A DNA stretch of 64,000 nt. It comes from Alphaproteobacteria bacterium (GTDB lineage: Bacteria; Pseudomonadota; Alphaproteobacteria; Reyranellales; JAQSWP01). The notes under the pieces were generated by a model. It was not told where the DNA came from, did not search any database, and worked only from the letters and a program-made list of their open reading frames with translations. Position numbers and translations under genes: made by a program. The stretch lies in assembly GCA_029266575.1 (NCBI GenBank), contig JAQSWP010000005.1, positions 343 to 64,342 of the forward strand, written 5' to 3'. Positions 53,568-62,667 of the stretch are shown piece after piece (the first letter of the stretch is position 1; every line of letters begins with the position of its first letter).

Positions 53568-55151
53568 TTACCCTTGCAAAAGCTGGCGCAGATTGGGTTT
53601 CAGCACCTTACCGGTGGCGTTGCGCGGCAAAGCGTCGATGAAGCGGATATCGACCGGGATCTTGTAGGGCGCCAGCTGCTGGCGGCAATGCAGCTTGATC
53701 TCCTCCGCATCGGGCGCCGTGGCATCGGACTTCACCACCAGGAAGGCGCAGACTTTCTCGCCCATGATGGGATCGGGGCCGCCGACCACGGCGACTTCGC
53801 TCAAAGCCGGATGGCTCGACAACACCTGCTCGACCTCGTTGGAATAGACGTTCTCGCCGCCGCGAATGATCATGTCCTTCTTGCGGTCGACCAGGAACAC
53901 GAAGCCGTCCTCGTCCATGTAGCCGAGATCGCCGGTGTGCAGCCAGCCGTGCTTCAGCGTCTCGGCGCTGGCCTTGGCATTGTTGAGATATTCGCGCATG
54001 ACGCTGGGGCTGTTCCCCACCAGCTCGCCGACTTCATGGGGCGGCAGCAGATCGTCGTTGCCATCGACGATCGCCACCTTGGTGGCAGGAATGGCGATGC
54101 CGACCGACCCGATCTTCAGCAGCGCCAGTTCGCCCGGCAGGGTGACCAGCGTGCCGCAGGATTCGGTCTGGCCCATGCCGTGAACGAGCGCGGCGTTGGG
54201 GAACAGCGCCTGCACCTCGCCCAGCTTGTCCATCGGCATGGGCGCGGCGCCGAACTGCACCACCTTGACGTTGGGGAAGGTGACGCCAAGTTCGCGGGCC
54301 CTCCTGGCCATGATCAGCAGGATGGACGGCACACCGAAGAACGAGGTGATGGCTTCGCTGTCCAGCTGGCGCAGCACCTCGTCGACCTTGAAGCTGGTGA
54401 TGATCAAGGTGCCGCCACGATAGAGCACCGGAAAGAACAGCGTGTGCGAAGCGATGTGGAACATCGGCGTCACCGCCATGGCGACCGGCGGGCCGAAGGT
54501 CCAGCCCCAGGCCTGGGAGGCCTGCAGGCAGCCGGCGATCAGGCTGCGATGGGTGTGGACCACGCCCTTGGGCGCCCCGGTGGTGCCGGACGTGTAATAG
54601 ACGGCAGCGGCGCTGTCGGGCGCATCGGCGATCGGCACGCTGTTGCCCTGCGCTGCGCCAGACGGCAGCGTCGCCGGCAGTTTCGGGATCGCCGTTCCCA
54701 CCAGCACGGTGTCAACCAGAGGGGCATAGGGCTGGTCGAAGATCATCAATTGCGCACCGGAATCGCGCAGGATATAGACGATTTCGCGCTCGACCAGCTT
54801 GTTGTTGATCGGCACGGCGATGGCGCCAAGCTGGAGTGCCGCGAAGAACCAGATGGCATAGCGTACCGAGTTGTCCATCAGCATGGCGACCGGCGTTGCC
54901 GGGCCGATGCCAAGCTGCTGCAACGTCGCGGCAGCGCTGTCAACATGGGCGAAAAGCTGGGTGTAGGTCAGGCGCGTCTCGCCGTCGGACAGGGCCGGCT
55001 GACTGGCGACAGCCGCGGTTGCCTGGCGCAGGAACCGCGTGTAGCTCGTGCCGGGCGCGAGCGCGACCAGCGTCGCCTCGATCTCGCGCGCGATTTCGGC
55101 GCGTTTGGCGATCTCGCGATCGCGCAACAGGCGCACCTGTCCGGCTGACAT
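53568..55151 (-). CDS. AMP-forming acyl-CoA ligase (distinct, fatty-acid-CoA-ligase-like)
   Basis: 527 aa from ATG 55151 (the ORF-track TTG is at 55154). Has YTSGTTGAPKGVVHTH and GMGQTE. Confidence 0.9.
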   Translation of the reverse strand: MSAGQVRLLRDREIAKRAEIAREIEATLVALAPGTSYTRFLRQATAAVASQPALSDGETRLTYTQLFAHVDSAAATLQQLGIGPATPVAMLMDNSVRYAIWFFAALQLGAIAVPINNKLVEREIVYILRDSGAQLMIFDQPYAPLVDTVLVGTAIPKLPATLPSGAAQGNSVPIADAPDSAAAVYYTSGTTGAPKGVVHTHRSLIAGCLQASQAWGWTFGPPVAMAVTPMFHIASHTLFFPVLYRGGTLIITSFKVDEVLRQLDSEAITSFFGVPSILLIMARRARELGVTFPNVKVVQFGAAPMPMDKLGEVQALFPNAALVHGMGQTESCGTLVTLPGELALLKIGSVGIAIPATKVAIVDGNDDLLPPHEVGELVGNSPSVMREYLNNAKASAETLKHGWLHTGDLGYMDEDGFVFLVDRKKDMIIRGGENVYSNEVEQVLSSHPALSEVAVVGGPDPIMGEKVCAFLVVKSDATAPDAEEIKLHCRQQLAPYKIPVDIRFIDALPRNATGKVLKPNLRQLLQG

Positions 55152-55188
55152 CAACTCACCTCATAACGAAACAAGGAGCGAAACGACC

Positions 55189-55851
55189 GTGGCCAATCCG
55201 CTGATCTACGCGCCGCAAGGCAATATGGGCCCTGAGCATATCGACGAGCATCGCAACTGGTACATGTCGCGACATGCGCCGACGCTCATGGGCGTCGGAT
55301 TCTACTCGGCGCGCATGTTCGACGGCGTCGGCACGCGCTGGTGCAATATGTACGAGATCCCCGATCTCGATATCCTGAGCACGCCGCAATACAAGGCGAT
55401 CAAGACCAACGACACTTTCCGCGACAAGAACATTTCGCGCTTTTCCAACCTCAACGTCACCATCTACACCCAGGAGCGCATCCTCGACGCCAAAGGCGCC
55501 GGGCTCGATCGCGCGCCCGGGATGTTTGGGCCAGCCATCAGTTTCGTGCGCTTCGATTGGAACGGCAACAGCGGCGAGCTGCAGGGATGGCTGCGCGATT
55601 CCCTTTGGCGCAGCGCCGCCGATGCCGCGCCGGTCCGCAGCGTGCGGCTGCTCGAGCGCACCGGCGAGCATCCCGAGCTCAAGACCAGCTACCCGCATTT
55701 CGCCGCCGCGGTCGAATGGCAGAACAAGGGCATGCCCGACAGCCTCGCCGTCGAGCGGAGCGCTAAGGGCCTCGGTGCGGCGGCCAGCAACGTCTCCACC
55801 GAAAGCTTCAGCAAGCGCTTCGGCCTGGTGCGCGAGGGCGTATTCGACTAG
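55189..55851 (+). CDS. Tandem ferredoxin-like (dimeric alpha/beta-barrel, DUF4286/EthD-like) protein
   Basis: GTG 55189 lies 10 nt after AAGGAG. 220 aa. The N-terminal half parallels the 103-aa protein at 60590-60901 (NWY..H.P......GF.SAR). The second half repeats the same pattern. Confidence 0.65.
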   Translation: MANPLIYAPQGNMGPEHIDEHRNWYMSRHAPTLMGVGFYSARMFDGVGTRWCNMYEIPDLDILSTPQYKAIKTNDTFRDKNISRFSNLNVTIYTQERILDAKGAGLDRAPGMFGPAISFVRFDWNGNSGELQGWLRDSLWRSAADAAPVRSVRLLERTGEHPELKTSYPHFAAAVEWQNKGMPDSLAVERSAKGLGAAASNVSTESFSKRFGLVREGVFD

Positions 55852-55874
55852 GCCGGAGGCGTTTGGCGCCGGCA

Positions 55875-57080
55875 TCAGCGCTGCAGGGTCGAATCGAATT
55901 CTTCGCCCAGCGCCGCCTGGCCGATGATCTGCGCCGTGCGGTCGTGGCCGGCGTGCTGGATATGGGTCTGCACGTTGGCGATGGCGCGGCCGAGCGGAAA
56001 CTCCTCGAACAGCGCCGTCGAGCCGGCGTGCTGCGTCACCATCTGGCAGACTTCCATTGCCACCTTGGCGGTCGTGTACTTGGCGCCCATCGACAGCAAT
56101 TCCGCTTCCACCACCGAGGCGGTCTTCCACGAGCGGATGGCGTCGTGGAAGGTTGACGCCGCGTTCTGCAGGGCAATCTTCGCCTCGCCCGCGCGCAGCA
56201 GCACGATGGGATCCTTGGCCTTGCCCTTCTTCACGATGTAGTCGCGGAACCAGTCGAACACGCCTTCGGCCACGCCGAGATAATTGGCCGAGAAGCCCAG
56301 ATGGTATTTGCCTTGCCAGCGCTGGCGCGGATAGTCGCCGGGCTTGCCCAACACGTTCTTCTTTGGAATCTCCACGTTCTTCAAGGTGATTAGCGGGCTC
56401 ATCGCCGCGCGCATGCCGGCCGGCCGGTACCAATCGGTGTCGATCTCCATGCCCTCCTGGCCCGGCTCGACCAGCACCATGAGATGGTTATCGGTATAGT
56501 GCTCGACGCCTTCCAGCGAGGTGAAGATGACGCCGCCCACCATCATCGGCGCGTTGGTGGCGTAGTTCTTGATGCCGTCGACGACGTAGCCGCCATCGGG
56601 CTGCGGCCTGGCTTTGGTCGTCATGACGTACATGTTGCGCCGGTTGGGCTCGCTGCCGACGCCGGTCACCAGCAGCGTCTTGTCGAACTGCGGCTTGAGG
56701 AAGCGTTCCTTCTGGTCCTCGGTGCCGATGCTCTCGATCATCCAGTTGGTGTGGTTGTTGAGCTGCAGGCAATGCGCCGTCGAACCGCAGCCGCGCGCAG
56801 TGACCCGGATGGCCTGCAGATAGGTGGCCGGATCGTCGGTCTCCAGATTGGTGCCCTTGCCGCCCAGTTCCTTGGACAGCGATGCCGTCAGCCAGCCGCG
56901 CGCCGTCAGCTCCTTGAGGTTTTCCTCGGGCATCAGGCAATTGGTTTCGTAGTGCTGCGAGCGGGCGCGGAATTTGGTGATAGCGAGCTGCGCCAGCTCC
57001 TTGATCTCGGGCGCGTTCAGCGCCTCAACCGGGTCGATAAAATTTTCCCGCCGCGCCTGCGGCTTGGTTACTGAATTCAC
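55875..57080 (-). CDS. ACAD-fold protein lacking the canonical catalytic Glu (third paralogue)
   Basis: 401 aa. The GTG start follows GGAGGAAA. Has KNYATNAP and the C-terminal VQTHIQHAGHDRTAQIIG. Confidence 0.8.
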   Translation of the reverse strand: MNSVTKPQARRENFIDPVEALNAPEIKELAQLAITKFRARSQHYETNCLMPEENLKELTARGWLTASLSKELGGKGTNLETDDPATYLQAIRVTARGCGSTAHCLQLNNHTNWMIESIGTEDQKERFLKPQFDKTLLVTGVGSEPNRRNMYVMTTKARPQPDGGYVVDGIKNYATNAPMMVGGVIFTSLEGVEHYTDNHLMVLVEPGQEGMEIDTDWYRPAGMRAAMSPLITLKNVEIPKKNVLGKPGDYPRQRWQGKYHLGFSANYLGVAEGVFDWFRDYIVKKGKAKDPIVLLRAGEAKIALQNAASTFHDAIRSWKTASVVEAELLSMGAKYTTAKVAMEVCQMVTQHAGSTALFEEFPLGRAIANVQTHIQHAGHDRTAQIIGQAALGEEFDSTLQR

Positions 57081-57104
57081 GATTGTTTCCTCCGGTTGAT
57101 TTTT

Positions 57105-58484
57105 TCAGGCAGCCTGGCGCGCAATGCCGGCAAAGAACTGGCGCATGTCGGGCACGCCTTCGATGGCGAGGACGCGATCGACCAGGCGCCGGGCGCGGTC
57201 GGCTTCCAGCGGATCGACGCCCAGCGAGGTGCAGGCGTCGAATTTCTCCTCGACCTCCTGCGCCGACAGCGGCGTCTCCGGCGTACCCGGCAGATGCCTG
57301 ATGTGCTCGCGGAACACGCGGCCGTCATTGGTGGCGATCTCGACCGTGACCGGCGACAGCTTGGTGTTGAGGCTGCGGTCGACCACCATCTCGATGCGCT
57401 CGATCATCGGCCTGACGGCGGGATCGAACACGGCCGGCGGCTGGATATCCTCGATTTTCAGGTGCCCGCGCAGCAGCACCGACGCCACCGAATAATAGAG
57501 ATTGAACTGGGCATCGACCTGCGGATCGTCGCCCGGCGCGAAAGGCTGGCCGGTGATCTTCTCGATGAAGGGCGTCACGGTCAGCCTGGCATGCTTGATG
57601 TCGGCAGGCTTCAACCCGTTGCCGTGCACGATGCGGCTGGCGCCTTCGATGGCGCAATGATTGCCGGCGCAGCTGGGATATTTCTTCAGGCTGATCTCGG
57701 CATTGGCGTAGGTCTTGCCCAGCCCGTCGAGCACGGCGTTGACGTCGCCCTTGCCGTAAAGCTTCCACACGCCCGCCTCGCCTTCGAGGAAAGCGGCCGG
57801 GCCGTTGATGCCGGCCTGCGCCAGCAATGCCGCCTGCACGCCGGTCTGGGCGGCGAAGGCGGTCTGCATGCGCTTGGTGAAGCTGCGCTCGGCGATCGGC
57901 TGGCGGGTGCCGGCGGCATTGGAGAAAGCGATGCCCATGGCGTTGCGGATGCCGCGCGCATCCAGCTTCAGCAGCTTGGCGCAAACGGCAGCGGCGGCGA
58001 TGCAGCCATAGACCGACGAGGCGAACCAGCCCGCCGGATTTTCGCGATGCGACAGGCCGAGACGGCAGGCGAGATCGTTGCCCAAGGTCACGGCGCAGAG
58101 AAATTCCTCGCCGGTGACGCTTTCCCGTTCCGCCATCGCCAGTGCCGCCGGCAGGATCACCGCATCGCAATGCATTACCGAGGCTTCGTGCAGGCAGTCG
58201 TAATCCAGCGCCGCGGCATAGGTGCCGTTGACCAGGGCGGCGGCGCCGGCCGGCACGCGTTCGCCATAGGCGAACAGGGTCGCATCGCGCGCGCCGCCTT
58301 CGCGCACCGCCAGATCGTGCAACGGTTTGGAGCCCGGCAGGTCGGTGGCGGCCCAGGCGACGGCGATGGTGTCCAGCATCACCTGCTTGGCGGCGCGGAT
58401 CGCGGTTTCGGGAATGTCCTGCAAACTGGTGCGGGCGATATGGGCGGCCAGAACGTCGCCAACCGTGTCTTTTTCCGAATCCAT
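57105..58484 (-). CDS. MmgE/PrpD-family protein (2-methylcitrate-dehydratase fold)
   Basis: Start at ATG 58484 (MDSEKDTVGDVLAAHIARTSLQDIP) after GGAGGGATC. 459 aa with a typical PrpD-family N-terminal pattern. Confidence 0.8.
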   Translation of the reverse strand: MDSEKDTVGDVLAAHIARTSLQDIPETAIRAAKQVMLDTIAVAWAATDLPGSKPLHDLAVREGGARDATLFAYGERVPAGAAALVNGTYAAALDYDCLHEASVMHCDAVILPAALAMAERESVTGEEFLCAVTLGNDLACRLGLSHRENPAGWFASSVYGCIAAAAVCAKLLKLDARGIRNAMGIAFSNAAGTRQPIAERSFTKRMQTAFAAQTGVQAALLAQAGINGPAAFLEGEAGVWKLYGKGDVNAVLDGLGKTYANAEISLKKYPSCAGNHCAIEGASRIVHGNGLKPADIKHARLTVTPFIEKITGQPFAPGDDPQVDAQFNLYYSVASVLLRGHLKIEDIQPPAVFDPAVRPMIERIEMVVDRSLNTKLSPVTVEIATNDGRVFREHIRHLPGTPETPLSAQEVEEKFDACTSLGVDPLEADRARRLVDRVLAIEGVPDMRQFFAGIARQAA

Positions 58485-58522
58485 GATCCCTCCATGCCGG
58501 ACGCTGCATACGTCTCTTGCGT

Positions 58523-58534
58523 GATATCGATACA
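58523..58534. promoter_or_regulatory. GATATCGATACA copy of the recurrent operator-like motif
   Basis: Read directly in the divergent region between the PrpD-like gene and the second TauD-like gene. Confidence 0.4.
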
Positions 58535-58620
58535 TTACCGTAGCAATTTTCCGCCGCTTGGGAAGAATTTGTGTAACATTCAGATCAAATTGCACCTATG
58601 CGTTTTGGAGAGGAATGGCC

Positions 58621-59490
58621 ATGAGCCTGCGCGCAGTCTCGAATGAAATTGAAAGCCCCATCACGGTGCGGAAGCTGGCTCTGGCGCTGGGTGGGGAGAT
58701 CAGCGGCGTCGATCTCGGCGCGCCGATGAGCGATGCGACGTTCGAGGCGATCCATGCGGCGCTGATGGAATACCAGGTGATCTTTTTTCGCGACCAGCAG
58801 ATGACCATGGAACAGCAGCTGGCGCTGGCCACCCGGTTCGGCCCGCCGACCTACTCCAAGAAGCTGCCGAAATACGACGGCCACGATTATACGTCGCTGA
58901 TCCAGACCGATGGCAGCACCATCAATGTCGGCGGCAAATGGCACAGCGACAACACCGATTTCACCACGCCGCCGATGGGCGCCGTGCTTTATGCCGAGCA
59001 GGTGCCGAGCTTCGGCGGCGATACGCTGTTCGCCAGCATGTATGCCGCCTATGACGCGCTGTCGGCCGGCATGCGCGCCTATCTCGACGGGCTCTATGCG
59101 CTGCACGACAATTCCGACGTGGTGCGCCGTTTCGCCGGCACCGCCTATCTCAACAAGGAAGCGGCCGAAGTGCCGCCACCGGCCAAGCATCCGGTGGTGC
59201 GGGTGCATCCGGTGACCGGGCGCAAGGCGCTGTACGTCAATTCCAGCTACACCCGCTCGATCGTCGGCGTGCCCGATACCGAGAGCAAGCACATCCTGGC
59301 GATGCTGTTGGAGCATGTGCAGTTGCCGGAATTCCAGGTCCGTTTCCAGTGGCAGCCCGGCAGCGTCACGATCTGGGACAACCGCTGCACCCAGCATTAC
59401 GCGCCCAACGACTATCGCGAGCCGCGCCGCATGCGCCGTGTGCAGATCGATGGCGACGTGCCGCGCGGGCCGCAACCGGCTCAGGCCTGA
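58621..59490 (+). CDS. TauD/TfdA-family Fe(II)/2-oxoglutarate dioxygenase (second TauD-like paralogue)
   Basis: ATG 58621 lies 7 nt after GGAGAGG. Has WHSDNTD, AKHPVVRVHPVTGRKALYVN and PEFQVRFQWQPGSVTIWDNRCTQHYA. Confidence 0.85.
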   Translation: MSLRAVSNEIESPITVRKLALALGGEISGVDLGAPMSDATFEAIHAALMEYQVIFFRDQQMTMEQQLALATRFGPPTYSKKLPKYDGHDYTSLIQTDGSTINVGGKWHSDNTDFTTPPMGAVLYAEQVPSFGGDTLFASMYAAYDALSAGMRAYLDGLYALHDNSDVVRRFAGTAYLNKEAAEVPPPAKHPVVRVHPVTGRKALYVNSSYTRSIVGVPDTESKHILAMLLEHVQLPEFQVRFQWQPGSVTIWDNRCTQHYAPNDYREPRRMRRVQIDGDVPRGPQPAQA

Positions 59491-60575
59491 CGCGATTTCC
59501 TGACCGGCGCGATCTGCGCGAAGGTGCATTGATGCGGCGCCTTGTCGGGCCGCCAGCGCATTAGCCTGGTGCCGTGGCGGAAGCGGCTGGCCGTGACCTG
59601 ATCGAACTTCACCTCGACCACCAGCTTCGGCTTGAGCGGCTGCCACTGGCTGCTGCGCTCGGTGCTCCAGCGGCTGGGACCACCCGGCGCATTGCCGGTG
59701 AAGCCGGGGCCGCCGCGCAATTTCTCCAATTTCTTCGTCAGCGCCGGCCGCCCGGCGTCGGAAATGGTTGCGGTGAAGCCGACATGGTCGAGCTTGCCTT
59801 GGGAATTGTAGAGACCCAGCAGCAGCGAGCCGACCAGCTTGCCGTCGCTCTCGTAGCGAAAGCCGCCCACCACGCAATCGGCGGTGCGGATGCGCTTGAC
59901 CTTCGCCATCGCCCGCTCGCCGGGCTGGTAGGGATCGTCGAGGCGCTTGGCCACCACGCCGTCGGTGGCGCCGCCGCTTTCGCCCAGCCAGCGCATCGCC
60001 TTGGCACGGGTGAGCGCCACGGGCGAAAGAATGAGTTTGCGGCGGATGGCAGCCGTCTTCATGAACTTCGCCAGGGCAGCGCGGCGCTCGCGTAACGGCC
60101 GGTCGAGCAGCACCACGCCGCCAGTGTCAGCCAGCATGTCGAAGGCGATCAAATGCGCTGGCGTTTCGGCTGAGAGCTTCTTGATGCGGCTTTCCGCCGG
60201 GTGCAGGCGCATCTGCAGCGCATCGAAGGATGGCGCGCCTTCCAGCTCGATCACCAGCTCGCCGTCGATCACGAATTGCCGCGCCTTCAGGCCGCGCAGC
60301 ATGGCGACGATTTCGGGGAAATAGCGGCCGAGCGGCTTGCCGGATTTGGAGCGCAGCTCGACCTCATCGCCGCGCTTGAAGGCAAGGCAGCGGAAGCCGT
60401 CCCATTTCGGCTCGTATTGCCAGGGCCCGCCCTCCTTTGGCAGTTCGGCCAGAAGCTTCGCTTCCATGGGCGGCGTATCGAGCGGCAGGGCGAATTTGAG
60501 GCTGGGCTTCGGCACATGGCCATAACGGCCAGCGTGGAATTCGGTGCCAATGGGCTTAGCATCCAACATCCTCAA
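59481..60575 (-). CDS. ligC: ATP-dependent DNA ligase, LigC type (adenylation plus OB domains only)
   Basis: Has the motif I lysine EPKWDGFR, plus FDML, DGVVAK and the C-terminal FRHGTRLMRWRPDK. Collinear with mycobacterial LigC as I recall it. The start is uncertain (TTG 60575, ATG 60569 or an internal codon). Confidence 0.8.
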   Translation of the reverse strand: MRMLDAKPIGTEFHAGRYGHVPKPSLKFALPLDTPPMEAKLLAELPKEGGPWQYEPKWDGFRCLAFKRGDEVELRSKSGKPLGRYFPEIVAMLRGLKARQFVIDGELVIELEGAPSFDALQMRLHPAESRIKKLSAETPAHLIAFDMLADTGGVVLLDRPLRERRAALAKFMKTAAIRRKLILSPVALTRAKAMRWLGESGGATDGVVAKRLDDPYQPGERAMAKVKRIRTADCVVGGFRYESDGKLVGSLLLGLYNSQGKLDHVGFTATISDAGRPALTKKLEKLRGGPGFTGNAPGGPSRWSTERSSQWQPLKPKLVVEVKFDQVTASRFRHGTRLMRWRPDKAPHQCTFAQIAPVRKSRQA

Positions 60576-60589
60576 ACCCGGAGCCGCCC

Positions 60590-60901
60590 ATGCCCCTGCC
60601 CCGTCATTTGCTGGTTGTCGAAGTCGACGTCGAGCCTGCGGTCGAAGACGCCTGGAACCGCTGGTACAACGAGGTGCATGTGCCCGAGATCGTCGCCTGT
60701 CCCGGCTTCCGTTCCGCCGCGCGCTATGTCAGCGAGACCGCCGAAGGCCGGCATTATGTTGCGGTGTACGACATCGAAGGACCACAGGCGCTCGACAGCG
60801 CAGAATTCGCTGCCCGGCGCGGTTGGGCGGAATTCCGTGACCGGCTGAAATACAAGACGCGCGTCTATCGGCAGATCATGGCGATGGAAAGCTCGGCCTA
60901 G
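60590..60901 (+). CDS. Small ferredoxin-like (DUF4286/EthD-like) protein
   Basis: 103 aa. The ATG follows CGGAG. Reads LLVVEVDVEP..WNRWYNEVHVPEIV.CPGFRSAARY. Confidence 0.65.
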   Translation: MPLPRHLLVVEVDVEPAVEDAWNRWYNEVHVPEIVACPGFRSAARYVSETAEGRHYVAVYDIEGPQALDSAEFAARRGWAEFRDRLKYKTRVYRQIMAMESSA

Positions 60902-61824
60902 CCGCGCCGCGCCGTCAACGTCGCCAGCAGGATGCCGCCCAGGATCAGCACGAAGCCTACGGCATGGAACGGCCGCAGATGCTCGTCAAGGAAGACCATC
61001 GACAGCACGGCGACGATGGGCGGCGTCAGGTAGTTGAAGAAGCCCGCGACTCTGGCGCCAACCGACTTGACCGAGAGATACCACAGCAGGGTCGAGCCCA
61101 GGCTGACGGCAACGGCCAGGTAAAAGAGCATCGCCCAGTCCCAGCCATGACGCGGCATCGCGGTGCCGATGGCCGGCATCAGAAGATACATCAACGTGAC
61201 GATTGGCATGCCGACGACCACCAGCGCCAGTTGCAAGGTCAGCGGCGGCAATTGCATGGGATGGCGCTGCAGCAGCACGGAGTACAGCGCCCAGATGAGC
61301 ACGGCCGCGGCCTGGATGACGTCGCCGATGTTGAAGCCCAGCGACAGCACCGCCAGCGGATCGCCGCGGGTGACGATCAGCGCTGCGCCGATCAGGCCCA
61401 AGGTCACGCCGGCGACGACTCTCGGCGTCATCCTGGCGCCGATCAGCAGGCGGGAGAGCAGCAGGATGCAGATCGGCGTGGTCGAGTTGATCAGGGCGAC
61501 GTTGATGGCGGTGGTGTAGTTCAGCGCCACATACAGCATGGTGTTGAACAAGCCGACGCCGAGGATGCCCAGGATCAGCAGCAGCTTCCAGTGCCGGCGG
61601 ATCACGGCGCGATGGCGCCAGGCCGGCAGCAACGTGAACGGCAGCAGCAGGAGCAGCGCCAGGCCCCAGCGCCAGACCGAGAGCGCGAAAGGCGACCAGT
61701 CGCCGGCGATGTAGCGGCCGATAACGACGTTGGAACCCCACAGCAGCATGACCGTGATCAGCATGCCGTAGGCGGCAAACGGCGATTGTCCGGCTTCGGT
61801 AGCCGTGGATGAGGGAACGGCCAT
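60898..61824 (-). CDS. DMT-superfamily (EamA-like) transporter
   Basis: 308 aa with about 10 hydrophobic helices in a duplicated EamA-type organisation. Confidence 0.85.
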   Translation of the reverse strand: MAVPSSTATEAGQSPFAAYGMLITVMLLWGSNVVIGRYIAGDWSPFALSVWRWGLALLLLLPFTLLPAWRHRAVIRRHWKLLLILGILGVGLFNTMLYVALNYTTAINVALINSTTPICILLLSRLLIGARMTPRVVAGVTLGLIGAALIVTRGDPLAVLSLGFNIGDVIQAAAVLIWALYSVLLQRHPMQLPPLTLQLALVVVGMPIVTLMYLLMPAIGTAMPRHGWDWAMLFYLAVAVSLGSTLLWYLSVKSVGARVAGFFNYLTPPIVAVLSMVFLDEHLRPFHAVGFVLILGGILLATLTARRG

Positions 61825-61827
61825 CTC

Positions 61828-62667
61828 TCAGCAAACGCTGGCGTAGCGTTCGCGGCAGACCCGCAGCACTTCGTCAGGGTCGCGCTGCCACCAATCCTGG
61901 GCCGAGAAGATCTCGACCTCGACTGTGCCGTTGTAGCCCGCCGCCTCGACCTGGCGGCGGATGCCGGCAATGTCGATGATGCCGTCGCCCATCATGCCGC
62001 GATCGAGCAGCAGATCGCGCGTCGGCACCAGCCAGTCGCAGACGTGGAAGGCGTAGAGCCAGTTGTTCTTGCCGGCCCGGGCGATCTCGACCGCGAGCTC
62101 CGGATCCCACCAGACGTGATAGACGTCGACCGCAACGCCAATGCCGGCGCCTAGCGCCTGGCATAGATCGTTGGCCTGTTTCAGCGTGTTGACGCAGGCG
62201 CGGTCGGCGGCGTACATCGGATGCAGCGGCTCGATGGCGAGTTTCATGCCTTGCGCACGGGAATAGTCGAGCAGCGAGGCGATGCCGTCCCTCACCTGCT
62301 GGCGCGCATCGGCGATGTCCTTGGAGCCGGCAGCAAGCCCGCCGACCACCAGCACCAGGCATTCGGCGTTCAACGCCAGCGCCTCATCCACGGCACGGCG
62401 ATTGTCGTCCAGCGCAGCCTGCCGGCCTGCCTTGTCGGGCGCCGTGAACATGCCGCCACGGCAATAGCCAGAAATGCGCAGATCGTGCTTCTTCACCAGC
62501 TCGGCAGCCGTCTTCAGCCCGCATTGCGCCACCTGATCGCGCCAAGGCGCAACCGCGCGGATCTCCTGCCTGGCGCAGCCTTCGATGATCTGCGGCAGGC
62601 TCCATTGCTGGCGCACCGTGGCTGTGTTGATCGACAGCAGCTCCGGACGGCGCGACAGATCGCGCAT
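61828..62667 (-). CDS. Sugar-phosphate isomerase/epimerase-like TIM-barrel protein
   Basis: 279 aa with a xylose-isomerase-like TIM-barrel pattern. The start shares one base with the upstream stop. Confidence 0.75.
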   Translation of the reverse strand: MRDLSRRPELLSINTATVRQQWSLPQIIEGCARQEIRAVAPWRDQVAQCGLKTAAELVKKHDLRISGYCRGGMFTAPDKAGRQAALDDNRRAVDEALALNAECLVLVVGGLAAGSKDIADARQQVRDGIASLLDYSRAQGMKLAIEPLHPMYAADRACVNTLKQANDLCQALGAGIGVAVDVYHVWWDPELAVEIARAGKNNWLYAFHVCDWLVPTRDLLLDRGMMGDGIIDIAGIRRQVEAAGYNGTVEVEIFSAQDWWQRDPDEVLRVCRERYASVC

